From an uncultured Chloroflexia bacterium (lineage in GTDB: Bacteria > Chloroflexota > Limnocylindria > Limnocylindrales > CSP1-4): a DNA stretch of 64,000 bases. The position numbers were made by a program, and so were the translations under genes. Of the stretch, positions 46,951-56,913 are shown in pieces. The stretch is from positions 90,821-154,820 of the forward strand of contig CAVUSH010000003.1 in NCBI GenBank assembly GCA_963744095.1, read 5' to 3'. Within the stretch, counting starts at the first letter, position 1; every line of letters begins with the position of its first letter. The notes beneath the pieces were generated by a model, which had not been told where the DNA came from, did not search any database, and was given only the letters and a program-made list of their open reading frames with translations.

Positions 46951-47003
46951 CGGTCGACTCCTTGGTGCGGACCTCCATTGTCGCCGAGGACGCCGCGATG
47001 GGC

Positions 47004-49487
47004 TCAGAGGAGACTTTCCGGGTCCACGTCGATCGACCACGGCGGCCCCGGATCGCCGTTCAGCACGGCGAGCGGGTCCGCACCTCGGAGCACGACGTTG
47101 AACCGCCATCGTCCGCCCCGGCGCGGCACGTAGGCCGGGGCCGGGCCGGAGACCGCCACCGCGAGGCCCAGCTCCGCCGCGCGCCCGCGGAGGCGATCGG
47201 CCATCTCCCGGCCGGCGGTCCGGGCGGCATCGCGATCCTCGTCACCCACCGTCAGCTTGACGGTCGCCCCGAACGGCGGCGCCCCGAACCGCTCGCGCGC
47301 CGCGAGCTCGGCGTCGTAGAAGGCCGCCGCGTCTCCCCCGACGGCCGCCAGGATGGCCGGGTGCTCGGGCTGGTAGGTCTGGACGATGGCGCGGCCGGCG
47401 CGATCGCCGCGACCCGCGCGTCCGATCGCCTGGACGAGGAGCTGGTAGGTCCGCTCGGCAGCCCGCTCGTCGGGGAGGGTGAGAGCCACGTCGGCGGAGA
47501 CGACGCCCACGAGGGTGACCTCGGGGATGTCGAGTCCTTTCGTGACGAGGCTCGTGCCGAGCAGGACCTCGAGGCGGCCGTCCGTGAAAGCATCGACGAC
47601 CCGGGCGGCCGCGCCGCGCCGCTCGACCACGTCCCGATCGAGACGGCCGACCCGCAGCTGCGGAAAGCGTTCCCGGACCTCGGCCTCCAGGCGCTCCGTG
47701 CCCCCGCCGAGGAAGCGGATCCGCGGCGACGCGCAGGCCGGGCACCGGGCGGCCAGGGGCGCGGCGGCGCCGCAGTGGTGGCAGCGGAGCGTCATCCCGG
47801 CCTGGTGGAAGACGAGGGGCCGGGTGCACTCGGGACACGCCTGCACGTGCCCGCAGTCACGACAGAGGACAGCCGAGGCCGCTCCGCGTCGATTGATCAC
47901 GAGGATCGCGCGGTCGCCGGCCACGGCGTCGAGGGCTCCGAGGAGCCCGGCCAGCCGCCGGGAGATCAGGCCCCGGTTCCCGGAAGCCAGCTCCTCCCGG
48001 AGGTCGACGATCTCGACCTCGGGCAGAGCCCCTGCGGCCCGCTCCGGCAGGGTGAGCCGCCGATGTCGCCCGAGCCGGGCCCGTCCCATCGACTCCACGG
48101 ATGGGGTGGCGCTTCCGAGCACGACGGCCGCACCGGCGAGGGCGCCGAGGCGAATCGCGACGTCGCGGGCCTGGAACCGGGGCGTCCGGTCGCTCTTGTA
48201 GGTCGCCTCGTGCTCCTCGTCCACGATGACGATTCCGACGTCCGCCAGCGGTGCCAGGACCGCCGTCCGCGTCCCCACGACGACGTCGACGGCGCCGGCC
48301 CGGATCCGCCGCCACGCGTCGGCCCGCTCGCCCTCGCCGAGGCCGGAGTGGACCACGGCGACCTCGGCTCCCAGGTCGGCTCGCAGGCGGTCGACGAGCG
48401 GCAGGGCCAGGGCGATCTCGGGCACGAGGACGAGGGCGGGCCGCCCCCCGGCCAGCGACGTCGCAATGGCCTCCGCATAGACCGCGGTCTTGCCCGCCCC
48501 GGTGGGTCCGTCGATGAGGAGCGGCGTGGCGTCACGGGTCTCCAGCGCGGCCACGATGGCTCCCACCGCGGCGACCTGCGCCGCCGACAGCGTCGAATCG
48601 GGGGGACGCGAGCCGCGCCCCCCCGCCCCCCGCGCCTCCAGGAGGTCCCGCGGGCGCTCGCGCGTCACCAGCTCGACGAGGCCGCGGCGGGCGAGCCCGG
48701 CCAGGCTCCCGCCGCCGTGGCGCGCCGCGAGGGGCGGCGCGGGAAGGTCCCCATCGTCGAGCGCCGCCAGCTCGGCGAGCAGGGCTCGCTGGCGAGGACC
48801 GAGCGGCCGGGCGTCCGCGGGCCGGGATCCGGCGGCGACGGCCCGTCCGGCGGGTGTGGCGCGCACCCGCCGTTCGAACCGCGGGAGGGCCCCGGCTGCC
48901 CCGAGCGCCCATTCCAGGTGGACCCGCCCGGCGCGCTCGAGCGACCGCAGGCGCCGCAGCACGGCAGGCCGGCTCTCGGTGCCGGCGAGCGCCCGGACGG
49001 GGCGCGGCCCCGTCGCCAGGGCGGCCAGCAGCGTGGCCGTCGCGGCGTCGTCGCCCGAGTCGCTGCCACCCGCGGCCGTCGCCACCAGGTCGAGGCGCTC
49101 GAGGAGTCCCGGCGGGAGCATGGCCCGGATTGCCAGGGCCGGCGGCGCGAGGTAGTGCTCGCTGATCCAGCGCGCGACCGCGAGGGAAAGCGGCGGGAGG
49201 AGCGGGCCGTCGGCCCGGACCCGCGCGGCCAGCGGCTTCGCCGTGAGGCCGTCGGGCGGCGGGGCGTCGCCCAGGATGATGCCGATGGCGCGCCGGCGCC
49301 CCCACTCCACGATGACCGCCTCTCCCGGCTCCACCCCGCCGAGGGCGTCCGGAACGCGGTAGGTCCAGGTTCGATCGCCGGCCACGCCGGGCGCGTCGAC
49401 GGCGACCTCGACATGGCGCGGTTCGGCCGGGCCGGCCGGGGTGCCCGGCCTGCTCTCGCCGGACCCCGCGGACGGGCCGGTGCGCAC
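47004..49487 (-). CDS. priA: primosomal protein N' (PriA helicase)
   Basis: DExH helicase motifs (DGPTGAGKT, VDEEH), zinc-binding CxxC...CxxC...CxxC, and a C-terminal domain. The start is approximate (GTG 49487, just after the gmk stop). The rest of ORF 47004..50321 is read-through. Confidence 0.85.
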   Translation of the reverse strand: MRTGPSAGSGESRPGTPAGPAEPRHVEVAVDAPGVAGDRTWTYRVPDALGGVEPGEAVIVEWGRRRAIGIILGDAPPPDGLTAKPLAARVRADGPLLPPLSLAVARWISEHYLAPPALAIRAMLPPGLLERLDLVATAAGGSDSGDDAATATLLAALATGPRPVRALAGTESRPAVLRRLRSLERAGRVHLEWALGAAGALPRFERRVRATPAGRAVAAGSRPADARPLGPRQRALLAELAALDDGDLPAPPLAARHGGGSLAGLARRGLVELVTRERPRDLLEARGAGGRGSRPPDSTLSAAQVAAVGAIVAALETRDATPLLIDGPTGAGKTAVYAEAIATSLAGGRPALVLVPEIALALPLVDRLRADLGAEVAVVHSGLGEGERADAWRRIRAGAVDVVVGTRTAVLAPLADVGIVIVDEEHEATYKSDRTPRFQARDVAIRLGALAGAAVVLGSATPSVESMGRARLGRHRRLTLPERAAGALPEVEIVDLREELASGNRGLISRRLAGLLGALDAVAGDRAILVINRRGAASAVLCRDCGHVQACPECTRPLVFHQAGMTLRCHHCGAAAPLAARCPACASPRIRFLGGGTERLEAEVRERFPQLRVGRLDRDVVERRGAAARVVDAFTDGRLEVLLGTSLVTKGLDIPEVTLVGVVSADVALTLPDERAAERTYQLLVQAIGRAGRGDRAGRAIVQTYQPEHPAILAAVGGDAAAFYDAELAARERFGAPPFGATVKLTVGDEDRDAARTAGREMADRLRGRAAELGLAVAVSGPAPAYVPRRGGRWRFNVVLRGADPLAVLNGDPGPPWSIDVDPESLL

Positions 49488-49492
49488 GGTCG

Positions 49493-50161
49493 TCAGACGA
49501 CGACCCGGCGGTCCGGGTTGCGCGCCCGCTCGGCCCGGATGATCGCGTCGATCCGCTGCGCCGTCCGTTTCACCTGGCCGTCCTCGTTGACCACGACGTG
49601 GTCGTAGTCGCCGGCGCGGGCGAGCTCGATGGCGGCGTTCCGCTGGCGCAGCTCGAGCTGCTCGGCGGTCTCGGTCGCCCGTGCCCGCAGGCGCCGGAAG
49701 AGCGCCTCCAGGGATGGCGGCACGACGAACACGAGGAGGGCCGCGGGGACCAGCGACTTCACCGCAGCCGCGCCCTGGACGTCGATCTTCAGGATCACGT
49801 CGCGGCCCGCGGCGAGGGCCCGGCGCACCTCCGCCCGCGGGGTGGCGTACCAGTTGCCGTGGACATCGGCCCACTCCAGGAAGGCGCCGCCGTCCCGGAG
49901 CGCCGCGAACCGCTCGGGGGCCAGGAAGTGGTAGCTGACCCCGTCGACCTCGCCGGCCCGCGGGGAGCGCGTCGTGCACGTCACGACGTAGTGGTACTCC
50001 GGAACCGCTGAGCGCGCCCGGAGGGCCTCGATGATCGTGTCCTTGCCGACCCCGGACGGGCCCGAGACGACGACCAGCAGCGCCCCGGGGGCTCCGGCGC
50101 TCGGGGCGCCGGCGAGCGGATCGTCGGGAGCCGGGGCAGCTCCCAGGGGCTGCTCCGTCAC
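49493..50161 (-). CDS. gmk: guanylate kinase
   Basis: GPSGVGKDT P-loop. The GTG at 50161 has an [15 protein letters not shown]. Confidence 0.85.
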   Translation of the reverse strand: MTEQPLGAAPAPDDPLAGAPSAGAPGALLVVVSGPSGVGKDTIIEALRARSAVPEYHYVVTCTTRSPRAGEVDGVSYHFLAPERFAALRDGGAFLEWADVHGNWYATPRAEVRRALAAGRDVILKIDVQGAAAVKSLVPAALLVFVVPPSLEALFRRLRARATETAEQLELRQRNAAIELARAGDYDHVVVNEDGQVKRTAQRIDAIIRAERARNPDRRVVV

Positions 50162-51126
50162 CGCCCTTCCTCTCCTTCGCCCGCGGTGGGTGGTCGCGGC
50201 GGAGCGCCCGGGGCGCCAGCGCGGAGACCCTCGAGGGCAACCTCCAGGGCAAACGGAAGCGGGGCCTCCAGGCGAACCAGGTCGCCGGTCGCCGGAGAGA
50301 CGAACACGAGCCGCCACGCATGCAGGAAGAGGCGCTCCAGGCCCTCGGGTCCGCGCCGCGCTGTCCCGGTGCCGTAGACGGAGTCGCCCGCGACCGGGTG
50401 ACCCAGGGCGGCCAGGTGGACGCGAATCTGGTGGGTCCGGCCGGTGACGAGATCCACCTCGAGCAGGGTCCACGCCGAGAACCTCTCCCGGACTCGGTAA
50501 CCCGTGACGGACGGCCGCCCGTCCGGGACCACGGCCATGCGCATCCGATTCTTCGGGTCGCGCCCGATCGGCGCCTCGACCCGGCCGACCGCCGCCTGCA
50601 CGCTCCCCAGGACGAGGGCCAGGTAGGTCTTCTTCACCCGGCGCGCCTTGAGCTGGGCCATGAGGCTCGCCTGCGCCGTGTCGCTCTTGGCCACCATGAG
50701 CAGGCCGGACGTGTCCCGGTCGAGGCGGTGAACGATCCCCGGCCGCTCCACGCCCGCGATCCCGCCGTAGGCGGTGTCGCGCGCGAGCAGCCCGTGGACC
50801 AGCGTCCCGGACCAGTGCCCGGGGCTCGGATGGACCACCAGCCCGGTCGGCTTGTCCACGACGAGCACGTCGTCGTCCTCGTAGACCACGTCGAGCGGGA
50901 TGGCCTCGGGCTCGATCCCGGCGGGCTCGACCGGCGGCACGTCGATGACGAGGATGGCTCCCGGCTGAAGCAGGGTGTTCGCCTTGACCGGCTGCCCGTC
51001 CGCGGTGACGTGCCCCTCGGTGATGAGGCGCTGGACACGACTTCGCGACAGTCCGGAGAGGTCGGCGGCACATCGGTCCGCGCGGCCGCTTCGGCCAGCC
51101 GGGACGACGAGCCGCAGCTCCGTCAT
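50158..51126 (-). CDS. rluD: RluA-family pseudouridine synthase (RluD-like) with N-terminal S4 domain
   Basis: HRLDRDTSGLLMVAK catalytic motif. ATG at 51126. It follows lspA, the conserved pairing. Confidence 0.85.
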   Translation of the reverse strand: MTELRLVVPAGRSGRADRCAADLSGLSRSRVQRLITEGHVTADGQPVKANTLLQPGAILVIDVPPVEPAGIEPEAIPLDVVYEDDDVLVVDKPTGLVVHPSPGHWSGTLVHGLLARDTAYGGIAGVERPGIVHRLDRDTSGLLMVAKSDTAQASLMAQLKARRVKKTYLALVLGSVQAAVGRVEAPIGRDPKNRMRMAVVPDGRPSVTGYRVRERFSAWTLLEVDLVTGRTHQIRVHLAALGHPVAGDSVYGTGTARRGPEGLERLFLHAWRLVFVSPATGDLVRLEAPLPFALEVALEGLRAGAPGAPPRPPTAGEGEEGR

Positions 51127-51611
51127 CCGCCGCGCGCCTCGCGGCGCCCCGGCGGCAGGACCGCCATCAGGAGGAGCAGGAGGATCGAGACCGTGATCGC
51201 CGCGTCGGCCACGTTCCAGGTGTAGAAGCGCCAGCCGCCGGGAAGCCCCATGTCCACGAAGTCGACGACGTGCCCGAGCCGGGCCCGGTCGATGAAGTTG
51301 CCGACGGCACCGCCCAGGAGCAGGCCGAGGGCGACCGTCGCCAGCCACCCGTTCCCGGCAACGGCTCGGCCGTGGTACCAGACGATGAGCACGATCACGG
51401 CGATGCTGAGGGCGGCGAAGACGACCGCCTGGTCGCGGAAGAGCCCGAAGAGGGCGCCCGTGTTGGCCACGGACCAGATCCGGAGCCACGCCCCGAGGAT
51501 CTCGACGGGCTCGTTGAAGGGGAAGTCGGCGACGATCCAGGCCTTGCTGACCTGGTCGGCGACGATGACCGCCGCGGCGAGGCCGAAGAATGCCGCCCGG
51601 TGGCGGTTCAC
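51123..51611 (-). CDS. lspA: lipoprotein signal peptidase (signal peptidase II)
   Basis: Four-TM protein with NTGALFG...FIDR...VVDF motifs. Confidence 0.9.
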   Translation of the reverse strand: MNRHRAAFFGLAAAVIVADQVSKAWIVADFPFNEPVEILGAWLRIWSVANTGALFGLFRDQAVVFAALSIAVIVLIVWYHGRAVAGNGWLATVALGLLLGGAVGNFIDRARLGHVVDFVDMGLPGGWRFYTWNVADAAITVSILLLLLMAVLPPGRREARGG

Positions 51612-51620
51612 CGGCGCATC

Positions 51621-54600
51621 CTAGGACGCGTCATCGCGGCGGCGGATGGCGATCGCGGCCTCGGCGCCACCGAGGACGACGGTCGCGCGCGGCCACCCGT
51701 CCGGCAGGGGTCCCTCGGCGACGGCGTCGGCGAGGGTCTCGGCGGCCACGGCCGGCAGGTGCGGGCGCACCCCGGCGACCCCGTCGGGCAGCGCAACGAC
51801 GACGTCGATCCGGTCGTCCAGCTCCAGCCCGACGTCACGGCGCAGGTCCTGGATTGCCCGCTGCAGCTCCCGCGCATCGCCCTCGGCCCGCAGCGCGTCC
51901 GTCAGCTCCGTGTCGATCACGATCACGAGCCCGTCATCGTGCGCGACGGCCGTGCCGGGACGCGGAGCGGCGATGATCTCCACCTCGTCGGGTGCGAGCA
52001 CGACGCCACCGAGAGCCACCGATCCGTCCGTGAGGATCTCGAACCGTCCGGCGCGCGCGGCAGCCATCACCGCGGGGATGGCGGGGCCCAGCCTCTTCCC
52101 GATCTTCGGGAGGAGCGGCTTCACGCGCCGCTCGACGAGCGTGGACTCGTCGCCGATCCGGACGACCTCCCGGACGTTGACCTCTTCGGCGACCAGGTCC
52201 AGGAGCGCGTCCAGCTCGGCGTGGTCGCCGCCGGGGATCGCGATCCAGAGCCGGGCGAGGGGCTGCCGGGTGCGGATGCCCGCCTGCGCCCGCAGCGTGC
52301 GGGCCAGCTCCACCGCGCGCTGGACCGTCTCCATGGCGCTCTCGAGGGCGGCATCGCGGCCGTCGGCGAGCTCCGCCGACGGCCAGCGCGTCAGGTGCAC
52401 GCTGTCGGGTGCCGCCAATCCGCCGCGCACCACCAGGTTCTGGTGGATCGCTTCCGAGAGGAACGGCAGGAGCGGGGCCGCGACCCGCACGAGCCCGACA
52501 AGGACGCCGTGGAGCGTCGCGAACGCCGCCGCCCGGTCCGCCCCGTCGCCGGCCCGCGAGAACCGGCGCCGGGTCCGGCGCAGGTACCAGGTCGACAGCT
52601 CGTCGATGAAGCGCGCAACCGCCGCCGCCGCCGCATCGGGGTCGTAGTCGTGGAGGCGGTCCTCCACGCGCGCAGCAAGGCCGGCGAGGCGGGAGAGGAT
52701 CCAGCGGTCGAGCGTGGGACGCTCGGCGATCGGCGGCGCCGGGTCGTCGGGACGCCAGCCCGCCAGCCGGGCGTAGGTGACGAAGAAGCTGTAGACATTC
52801 CAGAGGACCAACAGCTCGCGTCGCGCCTCGTCCGCGGCATGCCACCCGAAGAGGATGTTGTCCTGGGGCCGGGCGTTGGCGTACATCCAGCGCATCACGT
52901 CGACGCCCATCCGCTCGGCGGCCTCGTCGAACTCGATGGCGTTGCCCCAGCTCTTGTGCATGGGACGGCCGTCCTCGCCGAAGAGGGTCGCGTACCCGAA
53001 GATCGCCCGGAAGGGCGCTTCCCGGCGCAGCACGGTGCTCATGGCGAGCATCGAGTAGAACCAGTTTCGGAACTGCCCGGGGAAGCTCTCCGTGATGAAG
53101 TCCGCCGGGAACCAGTCCGCCCAGTGAGCGGGGTCCTCGCGATAGTGGAGCGTCGAGAAGGGCACGATCCCGGCGTCGAGCCACGGGTTCCCCACCTCGG
53201 GGATTCGGGCCACGGGCGCGCCGCAGCCCGGGCAGGCGATCAGGACCGCGTCCACGTGCGGGCGGTGGGGCGTATGCCCCTCCAGGGCCTCCCAGCCGGC
53301 GACGGCACGCTCGCGGAGCTCGTCGCGACCCCCGACCACGTCGAAGGTGCCGCACGCCGCGCAGTCGTAGATGGGGAGGGCGAGGCCCCAGTACCGCTTC
53401 TTGCTGATCATCCAGTCGTGCATGTTGAGGAGCCAGTCGAGCTCGCGCTCGTACCCGAACGCCGGGATCCACCGGATCTTGTCCACGACCTCCATGATCT
53501 GGTAGCGGAGGCTGGCCTCGATCTCGGCCGGCGTCAGCTCCTCGCGCGGCCGGTCGTATACCGGACCCATCCTGATGTACCACTCGTCGACCAGGCGGAA
53601 GACGAGCGCGGTGCCGCACCGCCAGCAGTGCGGGTAGCGGTGGACGTACGGCTCCAGGCGGTAGAAGAAGCCGTGGTGCCGCAGGTGCTCCACCACCGGG
53701 TCGGCAGAGTCGCGGACGTCGCGGCCGGCCAGGAATCCGAAGCCGTCGATGAAGATCCCGCCCTCGTCCAGGGGCGCCAGGATCGGCAGGCCCAGCGCCG
53801 CACCGAGGGCGAAGTCGTCGGCGCCGCACCCCGGCGCGATGTGGACGATGCCCGTCCCTTCCTCCTCGCCGACCTGGTCCCAGGCGACGACGCGGTGCTC
53901 ATATGGGCCCCCGTCGGCTCCACCGCCGGCGAATGCGGTCCGCACCGCCGGCAGCTCGTCGAAGGGACCCCGGTAACGCCAGCCGACAAGGTCGCTCCCG
54001 GCGACCTCGTCGAGCACCTCGAACGGACCCACCAGGGCCTGCCGGAGGGTCCCCCGCCCCAGCCAGTGGACGGCCTCGCCCTGGCGCACCTTGACGTAGC
54101 GCAGGTCCGGGCCGACGGCCGCAGCCACGTTGCTGGTGAGGGTCCAGGGCGTCGTCGTCCAGACGAGGAGCGCCTCCCCCGGCCGGTCGACCAGCGGGAA
54201 GCGCACCGTGAGCCCGGGGTCCGTCCGGTCGGCGTAGCCCTCGGTCATCTCGTGCTGGCTGATCCCGGTGCCGCAGCGAGCGCACCAGGGCATCGTGTCG
54301 TGGCCCTTGTAGAGCCAGCCGCGGCGGTGGCACTCGGCGAGGAACCCCCAGATGAGGTCGTTGTTCTCGTTGCTGAAGGTGAAGTAGGAGCCTCCCAGCT
54401 CCGGCATGCCGAGGCGCCCGACGAGCATCTCCACGGTGTCGGTGACGAGACCCTTCGGCCCCTGGAGCGTCAGGACGCGGGTCGGATCGGCAGCGAGCTG
54501 GTCGCGCAGGCGGCGGAGCTCGTCCGGGTCGTTCCAGTCCATCCAGTAGCCGAGACGGATCGACTGTTCCGTCTGGCGGGCGGCGAAGGTGAGCACGCGC

Positions 54601-54965
54601 TGCTTGCAGAGGCTCACGAACTCGGCGATGCCGTGCTCCTCGATGTCCCGCTTCGAGGTGAAGCCGAGGTCGCGCTCGACGTTGACCTCCACCCACAACC
54701 CCTGGCAGTCGAACCCGTTCTGCCAGCGCTGGTCCTCGCCGAGCATGGCGTGGAAGCGCTGGAAGACGTCCTTGTACGCCCGCCCCCAGGCGTGGTGGAC
54801 GCCCATCGGGTTGTTCGCCGTGATCGGCCCGTCGAGGAAGCTCCAGCGGGGCCCGCCCGCGTTCTGGGCGCGGAGACGCGCGAACGTCCGCCGCTCGCGC
54901 CACAGGGCGAGGATCTCGTGCTCCTGGGCGACGAGGTCGGGCTTGCTGCTGACGGGGTCGAACAT
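51621..54965 (-). CDS. ileS: isoleucine--tRNA ligase (long, type-2/eukaryote-like form, 1114 aa)
   Basis: HHAWGR (HIGH) and KMSKS-like (PMHKSWGN) motifs plus a CP1 editing domain. Its length and C-terminal architecture match type-2 IleS. No T-box leader is recognisable. Confidence 0.9.
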   Translation of the reverse strand: MFDPVSSKPDLVAQEHEILALWRERRTFARLRAQNAGGPRWSFLDGPITANNPMGVHHAWGRAYKDVFQRFHAMLGEDQRWQNGFDCQGLWVEVNVERDLGFTSKRDIEEHGIAEFVSLCKQRVLTFAARQTEQSIRLGYWMDWNDPDELRRLRDQLAADPTRVLTLQGPKGLVTDTVEMLVGRLGMPELGGSYFTFSNENNDLIWGFLAECHRRGWLYKGHDTMPWCARCGTGISQHEMTEGYADRTDPGLTVRFPLVDRPGEALLVWTTTPWTLTSNVAAAVGPDLRYVKVRQGEAVHWLGRGTLRQALVGPFEVLDEVAGSDLVGWRYRGPFDELPAVRTAFAGGGADGGPYEHRVVAWDQVGEEEGTGIVHIAPGCGADDFALGAALGLPILAPLDEGGIFIDGFGFLAGRDVRDSADPVVEHLRHHGFFYRLEPYVHRYPHCWRCGTALVFRLVDEWYIRMGPVYDRPREELTPAEIEASLRYQIMEVVDKIRWIPAFGYERELDWLLNMHDWMISKKRYWGLALPIYDCAACGTFDVVGGRDELRERAVAGWEALEGHTPHRPHVDAVLIACPGCGAPVARIPEVGNPWLDAGIVPFSTLHYREDPAHWADWFPADFITESFPGQFRNWFYSMLAMSTVLRREAPFRAIFGYATLFGEDGRPMHKSWGNAIEFDEAAERMGVDVMRWMYANARPQDNILFGWHAADEARRELLVLWNVYSFFVTYARLAGWRPDDPAPPIAERPTLDRWILSRLAGLAARVEDRLHDYDPDAAAAAVARFIDELSTWYLRRTRRRFSRAGDGADRAAAFATLHGVLVGLVRVAAPLLPFLSEAIHQNLVVRGGLAAPDSVHLTRWPSAELADGRDAALESAMETVQRAVELARTLRAQAGIRTRQPLARLWIAIPGGDHAELDALLDLVAEEVNVREVVRIGDESTLVERRVKPLLPKIGKRLGPAIPAVMAAARAGRFEILTDGSVALGGVVLAPDEVEIIAAPRPGTAVAHDDGLVIVIDTELTDALRAEGDARELQRAIQDLRRDVGLELDDRIDVVVALPDGVAGVRPHLPAVAAETLADAVAEGPLPDGWPRATVVLGGAEAAIAIRRRDDAS

Positions 54966-55083
54966 CGGGCCTCGGCTGGGGATCGTGAACGGCGGGCGGC
55001 GAGCGCCTGCGTCACGCCGTCGCGCCCGCAGGCGTCAGAGCACTCCGGACACGCTTCACGGAGGTTCCTCTATCCTACCCGCG

Positions 55084-56865
55084 ATGACCCGACCGCAGGA
55101 GCCGCGCCGACGCGCCCGCTCCGCCTTCACGGCCGCCTTCCTGTCGCTTCTCTTTCCGGGGCTCGGCCACGCGTACGCGGGCGCCTGGTATCGCGCCCTC
55201 GGCTTCGCAGCCGCGCCGTTCCTCCTCCTCGCCCTGGGCCTGGGCGTCGTCGCCGGCTACCGGCTGGACCTGGTCGGCGTCGTCCTCCAGCCGGCAGTCC
55301 TCGTCTCCATCCTGGTGGGCAACGTCGTCGCGCTCCTCTACCGGGCGATCGCGGCCGTCGATGCCTACCGCGTGGCCCTCTACCTCAATCGCTGGGACGA
55401 AGGCGCCGGGCGGCTCGGCGCGTCGCGGTCCGTCCTGGCCCCGATCTCGGTCGCGGGCCTGCTCGCCGTCCTCCTCGTGATGGGCGGGGCGCACGCGGCC
55501 GTCGCCTACTACGACCTGCAGGCGCTCGACCTGGTCCAGGGCGTCTTCAACCCGAATGACGAGGCGGATCTCACCCCGGATCCGTCCGCGAGCGCCGTCC
55601 CGTCGCCCGACGGGTCACCGGATGCGGCGGAGGCGCCGCTCTCCACGCCGCCCCCGGGCGCCACGGCCGCACCTGCCGGGCCTGCGGCGTCGCCCTGGGA
55701 TGGCACGGGGCGGCTCAACGTCCTCCTGATCGGCTCCGACCGGCGGCCGGGCGAAGGCGCGTACAACACGGACACCCTCATCGTCGCCAGCGTCGACCCG
55801 GGGAGCGGCCAGGTGGCCATGTTCAGCATTCCCCGGGACACGACCGGGATCCCGCTCACCGGTCCGGCGCGCTCCTTCTTCGGCACGACGTGGAACCGCA
55901 AGATCAACGCCCTCTTCCAGCAGGCGCGCGCCCGGCCGGACATCTTCCCCGGCGGCAAGCTGAGCGGCTACCAGGCCTTGAAGGACACGCTCGGCGGCCT
56001 CTACGGCGTCGACATCCAGTACTTCGTCGAGGTCGACTTCGGCGGCTTCACCCAGGTCGTCGATGCGCTGGGCGGGGTCACGGTCAACGTGCAGCTTCCC
56101 GTCGTGGACGACTACTACCCCGGCGACAAGGGGGCCCTCCGCGTCTACATCCCGACCGGCGTCCGGCACATGACCGGTGCCGAGGCGCTCGTCTATGCCC
56201 GCTCGCGGCACGGCTCGACGGACTTCGACCGCGCGGCCCGCCAGCAGCGCGTCCTCCTCTCCCTCCGCCAGCAGGCCGACTTCGCGACCCTCCTGCGACG
56301 CCTTCCCGAGCTGGTGAAGAGCACGAAGAAGGCGGTCAAGACCGACTTCCCCGTCGACAAGCTTCCCCAGCTCATCGACCTCGCCAGCCGGATCGACGCC
56401 GGCAACGTCCGCTCGTACGTCTTCACGCCGCCGCGCTACGGGACCGAGGGCACGGTCAACGGCTTCTACGTGCTCGAGGCGAACGTGCCGGCGATCCGCG
56501 CAGCGGCCGCCAACGCGTTCACCTTCGATCCACGCGAGGAATCCGAGCGCCAGGCGATCGCCGAGGAAGGCGCCCGCGTCTGGGTCGTCACGAGCACGGG
56601 CGAGGCAGGCCGGGCGGCCGATCTCGCCGGCTACCTCGAGTACCACGGGTTCGCGGCGTCGGCGCCGCGCGGGCGAAACCCCGACGCCGTCGAGCCGACG
56701 ACCGTCGTGGTCGCCTACAACGGGGCCGAGACCCGCTTCCCGGCATCGATCGCCTGGCTCGAGACCCGCTTCAAGCTCACGGTGACGCCGCTGACGGACG
56801 CCAAGGCCGGCACCGACATCGTGGTCGTCCAGGGCACGAACACGGCGAAGCTCAGGGCCCCCTGA
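55084..56865 (+). CDS. LytR-CpsA-Psr (LCP) family cell-envelope phosphotransferase, membrane anchored
   Basis: N-terminal TM helices, then NVLLIGSDRR...ADTLIVASV...R...D LCP catalytic-domain motifs. It is divergent from ileS. Confidence 0.85.
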   Translation: MTRPQEPRRRARSAFTAAFLSLLFPGLGHAYAGAWYRALGFAAAPFLLLALGLGVVAGYRLDLVGVVLQPAVLVSILVGNVVALLYRAIAAVDAYRVALYLNRWDEGAGRLGASRSVLAPISVAGLLAVLLVMGGAHAAVAYYDLQALDLVQGVFNPNDEADLTPDPSASAVPSPDGSPDAAEAPLSTPPPGATAAPAGPAASPWDGTGRLNVLLIGSDRRPGEGAYNTDTLIVASVDPGSGQVAMFSIPRDTTGIPLTGPARSFFGTTWNRKINALFQQARARPDIFPGGKLSGYQALKDTLGGLYGVDIQYFVEVDFGGFTQVVDALGGVTVNVQLPVVDDYYPGDKGALRVYIPTGVRHMTGAEALVYARSRHGSTDFDRAARQQRVLLSLRQQADFATLLRRLPELVKSTKKAVKTDFPVDKLPQLIDLASRIDAGNVRSYVFTPPRYGTEGTVNGFYVLEANVPAIRAAAANAFTFDPREESERQAIAEEGARVWVVTSTGEAGRAADLAGYLEYHGFAASAPRGRNPDAVEPTTVVVAYNGAETRFPASIAWLETRFKLTVTPLTDAKAGTDIVVVQGTNTAKLRAP

Positions 56866-56913
56866 CGAGCGCGGCCGGGTGGGGGCGCGCTGATCGCCAG
56901 CCGGGGCGCCTGC

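Noticed and set aside
54966-55083. Possible T-box leader upstream of ileS.
   Set aside because: The divergent intergenic region is only ~118 nt, and the conserved T-box sequence (AATTAGGGTGGTACCGCG-like) is absent. It is more likely just divergent promoters plus an inverted repeat GCCTGCG…CGCAGGC.
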